Under the pieces are notes generated by a model. The model had not been told where the DNA came from and did not search any database. It saw nothing but the letters and a program-made list of their open reading frames with translations. From the NCBI RefSeq assembly GCF_009914755.1, contig NC_060939.1: a DNA stretch of 64,000 nt; one strand, written 5' to 3'. This DNA is from the human T2T-CHM13v2.0 reference genome, Homo sapiens. The translations under genes were made by a program, and so were the position numbers. The stretch's first letter is position 1, and every line of letters starts with the position of its first letter. Of this stretch, positions 14,746 to 26,394 are shown piece after piece.

Positions 14746-15731
14746 TGTAAATCAGTGAAAATGACCACGGCAAGTCTCAATCATTTTAGGAGATTTATTT
14801 GCCAAAGTTGAGGAAATGTGCCTGGGAGATACGTATATGCCTTTCTCCAAAGATGATTTTGAGGGCTTCGATATTTAAAGGGAAAAGGGTGGATATGGGG
14901 GGAAGAGGAATACATTTTTAAAAGGTGCAGGTAGATAAGAGACAAATAGTTGCATCCTTTTGAGTCTTTGATCAGCCTTTCACTGAATATACAATTGGTG
15001 GGGGCAGGGGGCTGCGGTAAATAGTCACTTTTGCCTTCATCTGGCTCAGTGACAAGCCAGATAACATAAACAGTAGAGCAGAGGAAGCAATCAGATATGC
15101 TTTTGTGTCAGGTGAGCAGAAGGATGTCTTTGAGTTCTGTCCTTTGTCTCACACCTGTGAAGATAAGCTGTCAATTTTCATTGCCAGGGTGAAATTCACC
15201 AGAACTGTTTTAGGGTAAAGATTTGGGGCCCACAAGGAATTTCCTTATGAACAAATTGTGGGGAGGTATGTAGCTTTTTTTTTTTTTTTTTTTGAGATGG
15301 AGTCTTGCTCTGTCATCCAGGCTGGAGTGCAGTGGCGCAATCTCTGGTCACTGCAAGCTCTGCCTCCTGGGTTCACGCCATTCTCCTGCCTCAGCCTCCG
15401 AGTAACTGGGACTACAGGCACCTGCCACCATGCCCGGCTAATTTTTTGTATTTTTTTTTTTTTTTTTTTTTACTAGAGATGGGGTTTCACCATGTTAGCC
15501 AGGATGGTCTTGATCTCCTGACCTCATGCTCCGCCCGCTTTGGCCTCCCAAAGTGCTGGGATTACAGGTGTGAGCCACCGTGCCTGGCCGCTTTTTTTTT
15601 TTTTTTTAAATCTTTGTACCTATCTTATTTAGGAACCAAATGGAAGGCAGGTTTGCATGACCCAGTTCCCAGTTTGACTTTTCCCTTTGGATTAGTGAGT
15701 TAGAGTTCCTGAGATTTATCTTCCTTTCACA
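14746..15731 (-). mobile_element. MER4-family (MER4A1-like) ERV1 solo LTR with an Alu inside, inserted in an L2 tail
   Basis: Minus strand begins TGTGAAAGGAAGATAAATCTC...GGGAAAAGTCAAACTGGGAACTGGGTCATGCAAACCTGCC; TG...CA ends; 4-bp TSD tgca / tgcg. Confidence 0.8.
15275..15589 (-). mobile_element. AluY-like element with an expanded middle A-rich linker
   Basis: gcaagctctgcc, ggttcacgccattc, gttagccaggatgg; TSD gctttttttt. Confidence 0.88.
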
Positions 15732-16018
15732 TGCGCAAAATAGACACAATTCTGTATTCTGAAGATAAAAATGGACAATAAACAAGATGCATAATCAAAT
15801 ATACAGTACCTTAGATAGTTCATGCTGAAGATGTAGACTCAAGAGTCATCAGTGTACACACGGTTATTAAAGTCGTAAACCTCTGTTTACCTCTGGGGAG
15901 AAAGGAAGCAGAATGGTATCAGGAAGCCCTCCAATTACACTGGATATTTTTTATTTCTCTAATATAAAGATAACATGAAGTAAATGTGGCAGAATGTTAA
16001 CATGTTTTAAATCTGTGT

Positions 16019-16350
16019 ATTGAAGAAGGTAGTTAAGCAAGACGAGTAAATTACAGAGATTTGCTGTACAATATAGTGCTTATGGTTAACAATAAAATAC
16101 TGTGCACCTAGACATTTAAGAGTGTAGATCTCATGTTGTGTTCTTACCGCAAAAAAAAATAAATAAATAAAAATAAAAAAATACCAACAGACATACAAAA
16201 GGAAACTTTTGGAGGTCATGGTATGTTTACTACCTTGATTGTGGAGATGATAACGTGAGTGTATACATATGTCCAAACTTACCAAATTGGATATGTTAAT
16301 TAGGTACAGTTTTTCATATACTGACCATATTTCAATAAAGCTAGGGAAAA
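16019..16350 (+). mobile_element. L1MA/MB 3' end inserted into an older L1ME-like tail
   Basis: agagtgtagatctcatgttgtgttcttacc...tcaataaagct; TSD aaatctgtgt on both sides. Confidence 0.7.
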
Positions 16351-16408
16351 AAATCTGTGTTTGGATACGTGGGTGTTTGTTACATTTTCTATTTTTGTCT
16401 ATGTTTAA

Positions 16409-16914
<506 letters not shown>

Positions 16915-18003
16915 TTAAAGCATAAAAAATTAAAAATCAGACTATAAAAAATTGTGGTACACAAAATATCCTGGCCACAAAAATCCAACAAATTTACTGG
17001 TAAAAATGTATCAACTATATATTTTTGTAAAATAAAAGCAAATACCGATAGTGTATTTCATGACTACACAAATAAATCATGATATTGAATAAATTTGCAT
17101 CAATTTATAAAAGGTACATAAGGAGAAAGCAGTTATAGCAATAATAATTGTTACAAATCAAGCTGCAAAATGTAAATTTTTATTAAATTCTACATGTCAT
17201 TGCAGTCCATATAAATAAATACTTTAATACACAAGAACACAAAGCATATGGCAAAATAATACATTTGAAGAAACGCCAATGCCATCTTCATGCTTGGAGT
17301 AAATAAAACGTTTCGTAGAATGTTGGTAATTGGCAAGCAAATGAAAAAATCATGAATTCTAAGAAAAACTAGCTTAAACTTAATATATATCATTGCCTCC
17401 GCTGGGTAATGGGTTATGTTAATAATGGATTCTGGTAGTAACAAATTGAATCTCTAGTATTAGGATAATGATCCAAGTCCTATCTCTGACCAACTCATAC
17501 ACCTGTCACGTACATTCCTTTGCTCATTACCATGCTCTGTCAATAGACAGTGAAGCCTTGCTGTCTTCTAGTAGACTGTACCTCTGACCTTGTATATGAG
17601 GCCTTCCATGAACAATATGGATGATTTGAAAGCAAAATAATTTTTAGATACTGTTTAAAACGTAAAAAGAATGAGTTTTCTATATTCACAAATATAGTAA
17701 GCACCTTAATGCAGTTCTTAAATGTAAATAATAATAATAATAAATACTTACTGAAGGCTTACTATGGGTCAGATGTAATTATAAATGTTTTAGCTACATT
17801 AACTCATTTAATCGTCACAACAGCTGCATGGAAAGGGTGCTATCATTTTTATGTGATAAACAAGCAAACTGAGGCACAGAGCTATAACCTGCCTAAACTC
17901 ATACAGCTAGTGCATACATAATGGAGCCAGAATGTGGACCCAGCTAGCTTGATTCTTAAGTTTGTGCCCTTAATCAGCATATACATACATATGTATACAT
18001 ATA

Positions 18004-18343
18004 CAGTCTTGCATCACTTAATAATGAGAATACATCCTGAGAAATGTGTCATTAGGCAATTTAATCGTTGTGTGAACATCATGGCGTGCACTTAAACAGA
18101 CGTAGGTGGTATAGCCTACTACACACCTAGGCTATGTGGGATAGCCTGTTGCTCCTAGGCTACAAATCTGTACAGCATGTTATTGTACTGAATATTTTAG
18201 CAGTTGTAACACAATGGTGAGTATTTGTATATCTAAACATAGAAAAGGTGTAATAAAAATATGGTATTGTAATCTTATGGGACCACTGTCATATATGCAG
18301 TCTGTTGTTTACCAAAAACAACTGCATAATGACTGTGTGACTG
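18004..18343 (-). mobile_element. Tigger3a (MER7A/Golem-type) TcMar DNA transposon
   Basis: TA TSDs; ends cagtc...gactg; internal ggtatagcctactacacacctaggcta. Confidence 0.85.
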
Positions 18344-18344
18344 T

Positions 18345-18392
18345 ACATACACATATATATATATATATATATATCTGTTTGATATTTACATA

Positions 18393-18436
<44 letters not shown>

Positions 18437-18442
18437 CACACA
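18345..18442. repeat. Compound (TA)n/(TG)n/(TA)n microsatellite
   Basis: Directly visible dinucleotide runs abutting the Tigger3a end. Confidence 0.9.
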
Positions 18443-19499
18443 TTAAAAAATTTTTTTCTACTTAGACCATAATGCACAGAAATGTCAGGATATTGTTTGC
18501 CAAAGGCCTCCAGCTGGACTCAAGGATGGCGATCCTAAGAAGCAATGCCTTCCCAGTGTTCAGAGCCTGGACCTCAGCTTTATAGATCCAGAAAGTCTTG
18601 ACAGTGTTCTAGAATTTCTCAGAGCCAGGGAGTGTGAAAGAGTTCTCATAAGTGAATGTTTTAACCAGGTGCAATTCAGTAATGTCATGGGGCTCCTTGT
18701 CCCTGGCATGGATGCTCATGTCCAATGTCTCATGAACCCATCAGTTTTGAGTAGTTGAGAAACCACATTTGTATTAGAAGTTTGTTTGCTGAGAGGAAAT
18801 TAAGAGTAAAGGGATGTGGACCACTGGAAGGGAGATTTCCGAGAGTGGCCCAGTTCACCGAGCATGTGTGCTGGCTCCAGGGGTGGCAGTTGTTGAGCCA
18901 GGCTTTCAGGGGTACAAACACAGACCCATCCTTCAGGGATTGCACAGATTGGTGGGGAGATCAGTGCATGCACAGGTGACTATGGGGAGTGTGGTCAGGG
19001 CAGGCAGCCTTGTGGGGGCAGAGGAAGGGTCCCTAACCTGCCTGGGGTTAGGACAGGGTTCCTGGAGGAAGCCCATAATACTGCAGGATTGGTACTGACA
19101 AATTCTGTGCCATTCCAAGGTGACCATCTCATTCTTCTTGATGCTTTCTTCACTTGAGTTAATCATTCTAATTATACCAGGCAAATTTCTCTTCCTGCTT
19201 CTAGTCTCAAAGTGATCTTCTTCTTACCACTTTATTTGAGCTCCAGCCCCCTGATATCACATGGTAAATGCCTTGATCATGGAAAGACTCACTTTTAGTG
19301 TCCTTATGGATGGGAGTGAGAAAGGAGGCTGAGGCCCAAGGTGCGGACAGGTGACTGCATCCAGAGAGTCTGCAAAGAGGATTCAGGATAAGCTTTTCTG
19401 AAGTTGCATGCAGGTCTGTGACTGTGAGTGTGAGTGTACAGGGTAACAGAGCAGTGGGACTATTATGCATTAAGTCTGCAACGATGGCCCTTGAAACTT

Positions 19500-19692
19500 T
19501 GCCGCATGAGAAATGATTGAAGGAGCCAGGGGTGTTTATCTTGGAGAAAGTGAGACATGATTTCTGTCTTCAAGTATTTGAGGGGGTGTCATATGAAGGA
19601 GGAATTAATCTCCTTAGGATAGTTCCAGAAGGCACAATTTGGATGAAAAAGGGAAAGTTACCAGAAGGCAGAGTTTAACTTAATAGGGAGAA
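19500..19692 (+). mobile_element. L3/CR1 LINE 3' fragment
   Basis: gaaggagccaggggtgtttatcttggagaa...gtcttcaagtatttgagggggtgtcat matches the CR1/L3 3' region. Confidence 0.65.
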
Positions 19693-20194
19693 ATGAGCAA
19701 AGGCAATGAACAGGGTGCTAAAAAATGTGTATACAGAGACACTAAACATATGGAAAAAGTTAGCCTCACTATTAATCAGAACTGCAAAGTAAAACAATTT
19801 GTTACCATCTCTTACCTATCAAAAGGTAAAAAATAGAAAAGACAAAATACACAATGTTGGTAAAGTTAAAAAAAATGGACACTTTATGTACTGCTGGTGA
19901 AAAAATAGGTTAGTACAAACCTTTTGTAGAATAACCTGGCAGTGTGTATTAAATATCTTAAAATGTGCACCTCTTGAGATACAGAAATTATGCTTTTAGG
20001 AACTTATTTCAAGGAATTAATCAGAGATGTGTGCATGTGTGTTGAAGCATTAATAATAATTGTGAAAACCTCATATTAATCTACATTTCAATGGTAAAGA
20101 ATTGGTTAAAAATAGCATGGGACATCTACATGATAAAATACTGGACAATAATTAAACAGGCATGCTTTTAGAGGCTATGTAAGAACAAAGTGCT

Positions 20195-20567
<373 letters not shown>

Positions 20568-23500
20568 TTATAAGTGAATCAAGTGTATCTATGCGTTGAA
20601 AAATGATACGGAGAATAGTAATCACTGTTATCTCTGTATAGTAGATTGTTGGCTACTTTTTCTTTTCTATTCATTCTGTATTTTCCAAATTTTTGCATGA
20701 CTTTAATAATAAAAGAAAATGTCATTTTTGCGAAATCAATCTAAATTTTCTAAAGAGGCATTCCAGACAATTGGATTGAGTGGTCTGCACTGGATTTAGA
20801 AGTTGTATATTTTTGTTTGTTTGTTTTTATATTTAGTTGGTCATGTTTCTGTCAAGATAGAGGTTCTGGAAAACAACACCATCTCCATACATGATGATAA
20901 TAGCATGCCTACAGGATACCTAGCTATGCCACCTTGTTCTGTGGCTATTAATACTCTGTTTCTTGATTGTAACTACATTCTTAGCACATATAACACTATT
21001 TTGTGCTTACTGTTTAGATCCCTCAAGAGCAAGAGGCATGCTTTGTTCATCATCTCATTCTAGTGCGTAGCTCAGACCTGACAGATAGTATGTATTTCAT
21101 GAAGACTGGTTGGATGGATGGACAAAAGGAAGGAAGGAAGGGGAGGATGGAAGGAGGGAGGGAGGGGGGTAAAAGGGAATTTTTTGCCTAGACAAAGAAA
21201 TCACTCACTTTGAGGGATGGGTATGTGAAATAATTTCTTGCCAGGATTTCCAAACAAGTTTATAGAATCTGCTTTCCCAGAAATCTTTTAAGATGGTAGA
21301 GGCAATCATCTAGCTTAGATGAGTTAGCTGAAATGAGGTCATGGCACTCTTACCCTATTACAAGGTCATAGAATTAGAGCATTGAAGCAGCAACTCCCTC
21401 AATGATCGGATGATGCCTTGTAAGTGTTCATGGGGAATGCTGCCCTTGCTTGCTCATGAGTTCAAGTTCCCTAATTACCAACAATAACTTGGTTAGGAAG
21501 TATGAAGATTCTTGAGCAGCAAAGTTGCTAAAAATAACTAAAGGCAACCTTGAAAAATCTTTAAAGGTGGGCAGCAGAGGTAGACTTTGGGGAGTGAACA
21601 AGGGTTATTTGACAAACCACTTGCAACATGTCTGCTTATACCTGAGAGGGTTAGTTGTACACTCGTTGTTCTTTCTCCTCCCTGCCGACTCCCTGTTAAA
21701 TGTAAATCTCACAGTGTATTCTCATACATTCCAGAAGCCCTTTCTGTTACACAGTGGCCTTCTTAATTAGCCTCACCAGGCTTTATACTGAATAGGTTTC
21801 ATTTAAAACATTTGGGATATGACTGAAAGAAAAGGAAGAGTTCTAAAGTCAATCAGCTCCCTTGTCTAATGCTTCAGGTGTTCATTCTGTCAGAAATCAC
21901 TCATGATGGGCTGCGTTTTCCATTTTGTGGGGTGCGTTCAGAGTTCAAAGGACACTTTGAAAACCTGAAGATGTGAATTGCTTCTACCCCATTGTTATCA
22001 CCCAGCACCTTGAATTTCATGGACTAACATTCAGCTTTGAGCCAAATGTCTTTTCTACAACAAATCTTCCTTTCTAGTAACCATCGTCCGACCTGCCTGG
22101 TTCCTCACCTAACAATCCATGGAAAATGCCAGGTTAACTGGCAGTGTGTCTGCACAGCAGAGCCAAGGTCTGACCCTGGCAGCTTGACCCAGAGCAGGTG
22201 AACTCCCACCAGACCATCTGGGTCAGGAGGAGGTTCGGGTGTTGGCTCCCTTGTGTGCTTTCTTAGTGGTGAAATGATGCCTGTCCTCACTTTGCTGCTA
22301 GACTTTCAGTAAGCCTTGGCCACAGCATGCCAGAGGCCTGAGGTTATTTTGGGGTTTTGGCTAGAATCTGCTATGGTCAGGCCAGTGCTGTCACTTCACC
22401 AGACAGCTCAGTTTTGCCATGAGCTCATCTACAAGAACCTTGCACTTCTTGCAGTTTGCTTGTTGATCATTGTGTTTGTTTTCCCTTCACTTGGAAATTT
22501 CCAAAAGCTGCTTGTCTGTATTGAGGCCACCAACTCACAAGGCATTGGCTGGACCCCTGCTTTCTCCAGCCCCCAGCCATCCCACCCTGCCCATGTGGCA
22601 TGAGTACATCAGGTCTCTGCCTACTGCTCAGGACCTCACCAGGCATCAAAGCCATGATGACCTTAGCTGATGAGATGGAGAATGATGATTGGCAAAGTCT
22701 TCTGGCCTCTTTGTTCTCAGGCAGGGCAAAGCCACTCTTCCATTTTGTTCCATAAATACTTTCTGAGCTCTTGCCACAGGCCAGCCACTTTGCTAGGTCG
22801 TGGGGATCCTAAGGTGAGTCTGACACAGTTCCTGTTCTTAAGGAGCTCACCTCCAGTGGAGGAGACAGGTAGGCCTGCAGGTCATTGCAAAGCCACAGGT
22901 CAAGGGTCATAACCGAGACACATGTAGGGGAAACATGCATGTAGGAGAGAAATGCCATTAATTGGGAGTACCAAGACTGGCTTTTCCTTGCTACACACTG
23001 TGGCCAAGCCCTACTGAAAGCTTAGCAGGCAAAGAGAGAGTAACATTTGAGCTGAAACATAAGCACAAAGGAGATGTGGGAATTGGCTGGTTGAAAAAAT
23101 GCATTACAAGCATGGGAAATAGTGTGGACAAGGACAAGGGAGATGTAATGATGATTCCAGTTTTCATTTGCAAATGATCACTATGTGCCTGCCTCAGTGA
23201 AAAATCATTTCAATCATTTCCATGCATTGTGCTATTTTAATTTTCACAACAACCCTAATGAGGTACAGTCACTCTTACCATCTCCATGAGGATTGGAATA
23301 GTGAAGAAATCAGCCCAGTTTGCACAGCTGGTAACTGGTAAGGTTGGGTTGCAAAACTAGGCTTTTTGATGCCCTTACCATAATTTTCTGCTTTCTCAAA
23401 GTGGGAGAGAGACACTGTGTTGAGAACCACATGTAATTCACTATGGCTGCTAGGGAAGATGGCTGGACAGGGAGATAGCATCAGATCTTGGGGAGGGGGC

Positions 23501-23964
23501 CTTGTGTGCTAAGCCTGAGAGTTTGTACCCTTCCCTACATTCCTGGGAGTTTGTAGCCTTCCCTACACTGAAGGTTTTAAATTATTCTTCTGGAAGTTGG
23601 ATTGAAGGGAGAGGAGGGACAGGAATAGGCCTGAAAGCAAAGGGACCATAAAGAGGAGTACTTATGCAATAACCCATGGAGAAGCTGTGAGGCCGAACTA
23701 GGGCAGCAGCCGTGCACATGGGGAGGGGTGTGGAGAGTTTATGAGAGCTGGGAGATGTGTGATGACTGGGATGAAGTAGGCCACAGGCGGGGGTGGCAAG
23801 GACCACAGCTGGCGGGTGGGGACGCTGGGATCCACACTCAGGGAGGCTGATTCCAGAGTCTGAATGCTTAAGCATTACCCTTGCTGCCTCCTTCACTCTG
23901 CCAATGGAGCTGAAAGTCATCTGAGGCTTTGCATCCAGAATTTAGATTTTAGATATTTGACCAT

Positions 23965-23965
<1 letters not shown>

Positions 23966-24012
<47 letters not shown>

Positions 24013-24090
24013 TTATCATCTATCTATCCATCATCTATCTACCTATCTGTCATCTACTGACATCTATCTATCCATCTAACTATCTATCTA
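23966..24090. repeat. (TATC)n / GATA tetranucleotide STR
   Basis: About 11 perfect TATC units followed by degenerate units. Confidence 0.95.
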
Positions 24091-24502
24091 CTATGGTGTG
24101 GTTTGTTTGCGCACCCCCTGCCCCACAACCTCATGTTGAAATTGGACCCTCAATGTTGGAAGTGGTGTCTAGTGGGAGGTGTTTGGGTCATGGGAGTGGA
24201 CCGCTCATGAATATATTAATACCCTCCCTGGTGGTGGGGGATCTGTGAGTTCTCATTCTTGTTAGATCCCAGGAGAGTTGGTTGTTAAAAAACCTGTTGT
24301 CTCCCCACTCTCTCACTATGTGATCTCTGCACATGGTGGCTCCCCTTCACCTTCCACCAGAGTAGAAGCACCCTGAGACCTTCACCAGGAGCAGGTGCTT
24401 TTTATACATCCTGCAGAACTGTGAGCCAAATCAAACCTATTTTCTTTATAAATTACCCAGCCTCTGTTATTCCTTTATAGCAAGACAAAACAGACTAAGA
24501 CA
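24089..24502 (+). mobile_element. MSTB-like MaLR solo LTR
   Basis: ctcatgttgaaattggaccctcaatgttgga...gggaggtgtttgggtcatgg...aattacccagcctc...cagactaagaca. Confidence 0.85.
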
Positions 24503-24788
24503 CAAATCTTTTTCAAGAAACAGGTTTGCCATTTCCAACAAATTCCTTGGCCACATTACCTACAGTTAGTCTGACACCAAGTTGGTTTCACTGGTTTCAT
24601 TGCTTACCCCTGGTTTTATCTACACCATGCCCCCTCCATTGTTTTATTCTATTTTATTTGTGCCAGGATGATTTTTAAAATAATTTCTTACAAGACAGGT
24701 GAGCAGGTGCTTCATTTCATGACTTCTTGCAAGGTTGAGAAGTTCTTCCTGTTGCTCTCGAATTCTTGGTCATAGGGTTTCTTCTTGG

Positions 24789-25036
24789 TCCCTCCACCTG
24801 TTCTTGCCATTGCTAGCCTGCCCTGGTTGCCATTGCTGATTTACATTTCTCCCTATTTCAGACTTGAGTCACTTCTGTTGTAAGTTTTGGAGGGACGGGT
24901 AGTTACTCAAGTGGTATCACTTCACTCTGATGAGCTGAAAGCACCTGGTATACTTCAAAGCTTTGCATTGCATAGTGGGGGATCCATTTCTTTAGGGTCA
25001 CCAGCAGAAACCCTGAAATGCAAAGTACCTACAGAT
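24789..25036 (+). repeat. Copy 1 of a ~240-bp dispersed direct duplication
   Basis: Aligns to 26116-26394; 24974-25032 is identical to 26332-26390. Confidence 0.93.
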
Positions 25037-26115
25037 CAGCATTAGCTTTGTAGAGAAGTCTGAGACCAGCTTTTATTATTTTTTTTCTAGATAGCCTGTT
25101 TTTCTTTTCTTTTTTTTTTTTCATTATGACCTTTCTAGGTTGTTTTTTCCTTTTCCTTAGAGTTCAGAATTTTCACTCAAGTGAATGTAGTATAGGTCAG
25201 TTTTCCTTCATTTTCATTATTGCCCGGTGGGCTGTTTTGGTTTGCAGACTCAAGTCTTTCTTCACGATAGGAGAATTTATCTATGGTTTTTCAGAGTTGC
25301 TGCTGCTTCTCAGTTGCTCTCTTCACTTTAGGATGTTCTGTATTGATTTCTCAAATCTGCTTTCCCTGCCACTTAGATTTTTGCTCATCATATTAATTTC
25401 CTTATCCTTTGCTCCAAAATCTTGGAGAATTTCTCAATCCAAATCTTCTATTCATGGTTACTGTTTAATTTTCTTAAAAATTTGACAAGTACACATTTCA
25501 TCTGAACTCCATCTTTGCTGAATTAAGGTTGTGCCTTGCGCATAAATATTATGTCCTCTTATGTCACACTGAGTAGTTGAATTTAGGCTTTTTCCTCTTT
25601 TCTTTTTATTAAGAAAGTCTCCTTTTCTAGTGGAAACATTGGCTCTAATTCCTTAACTCGGTATCTTCTTTTTCATAGGCTTGTGATTTTTTTTCCATGT
25701 GGCTCAACTTCGAGAGGTCACTATGTGGTTGTCCACTTTTGAGAGTTGAGAATGGTTCCATCAATGATCACATGGGTTCCAGAAAGATATTTCAGGCCCT
25801 GACATGGGCAGAAGAGGAATGTTTAGCTTTGCTGCAGTTTTACTGTCAGCTGACCAAGGTTCACTTGTCTGTACATGAGGACCAAGGCTGACGGTGGGAA
25901 GATAACTAAAGTCACAAACACCCCCTGTAGTGAGCGCAGACATTCTGCCACCATACTGCTTGCTGGGACTTACTGGGAGGGAGGGATAGAGATCTGCTCT
26001 CCCTCACAACATGCCGTGTTCTGTGCTGATCTCAGCCATGGTGGCTGTAAGCTTGTAGGTTGGTCTTGCTGGAGCCTTTTCCTCATATGCAGGGAATTCA
26101 GGCTTTGTCGACTCT

Positions 26116-26394
26116 TCCCTCCACCCATTCTTGCCTGAACCATATATTTCAAAGTTTTCTCGCCATTGCCATCCTTCCCTGGTTGCCAGGGCTGATATAT
26201 ATGTTTCTCCCTATCTCAGACTTGAGTCATTTTTGTTGTAAATTGGGGAGGGACGGGTAGTTACTCAAGTGGTATCAGTTCAATCTGTTGAGCCAAAAGC
26301 ACCTGGTATACTTCAAAGCTTTGCCTTGCAAAGTGGGGGATCCATTTCTTTAGGGTCACCAGCAGAAACCCTGAAATGCAAAGTACCTACTGAT
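26116..26394 (+). repeat. Copy 2 of a ~240-bp dispersed direct duplication
   Basis: See copy 1; offset is 1358 bp in the 3' part. Confidence 0.93.

Noticed and set aside
21110-21175. Purine-rich (GGAT/GGAA/GGAG)n tract as a triplex-forming element
   Set aside because: Short, impure and explained as a decayed L2 tail microsatellite.
24789-26394. Direct repeats as paired LTRs of a small provirus or as a CRISPR-like array
   Set aside because: No TG...CA ends, TSD, PBS or PPT; only two copies; eukaryotic intron context.
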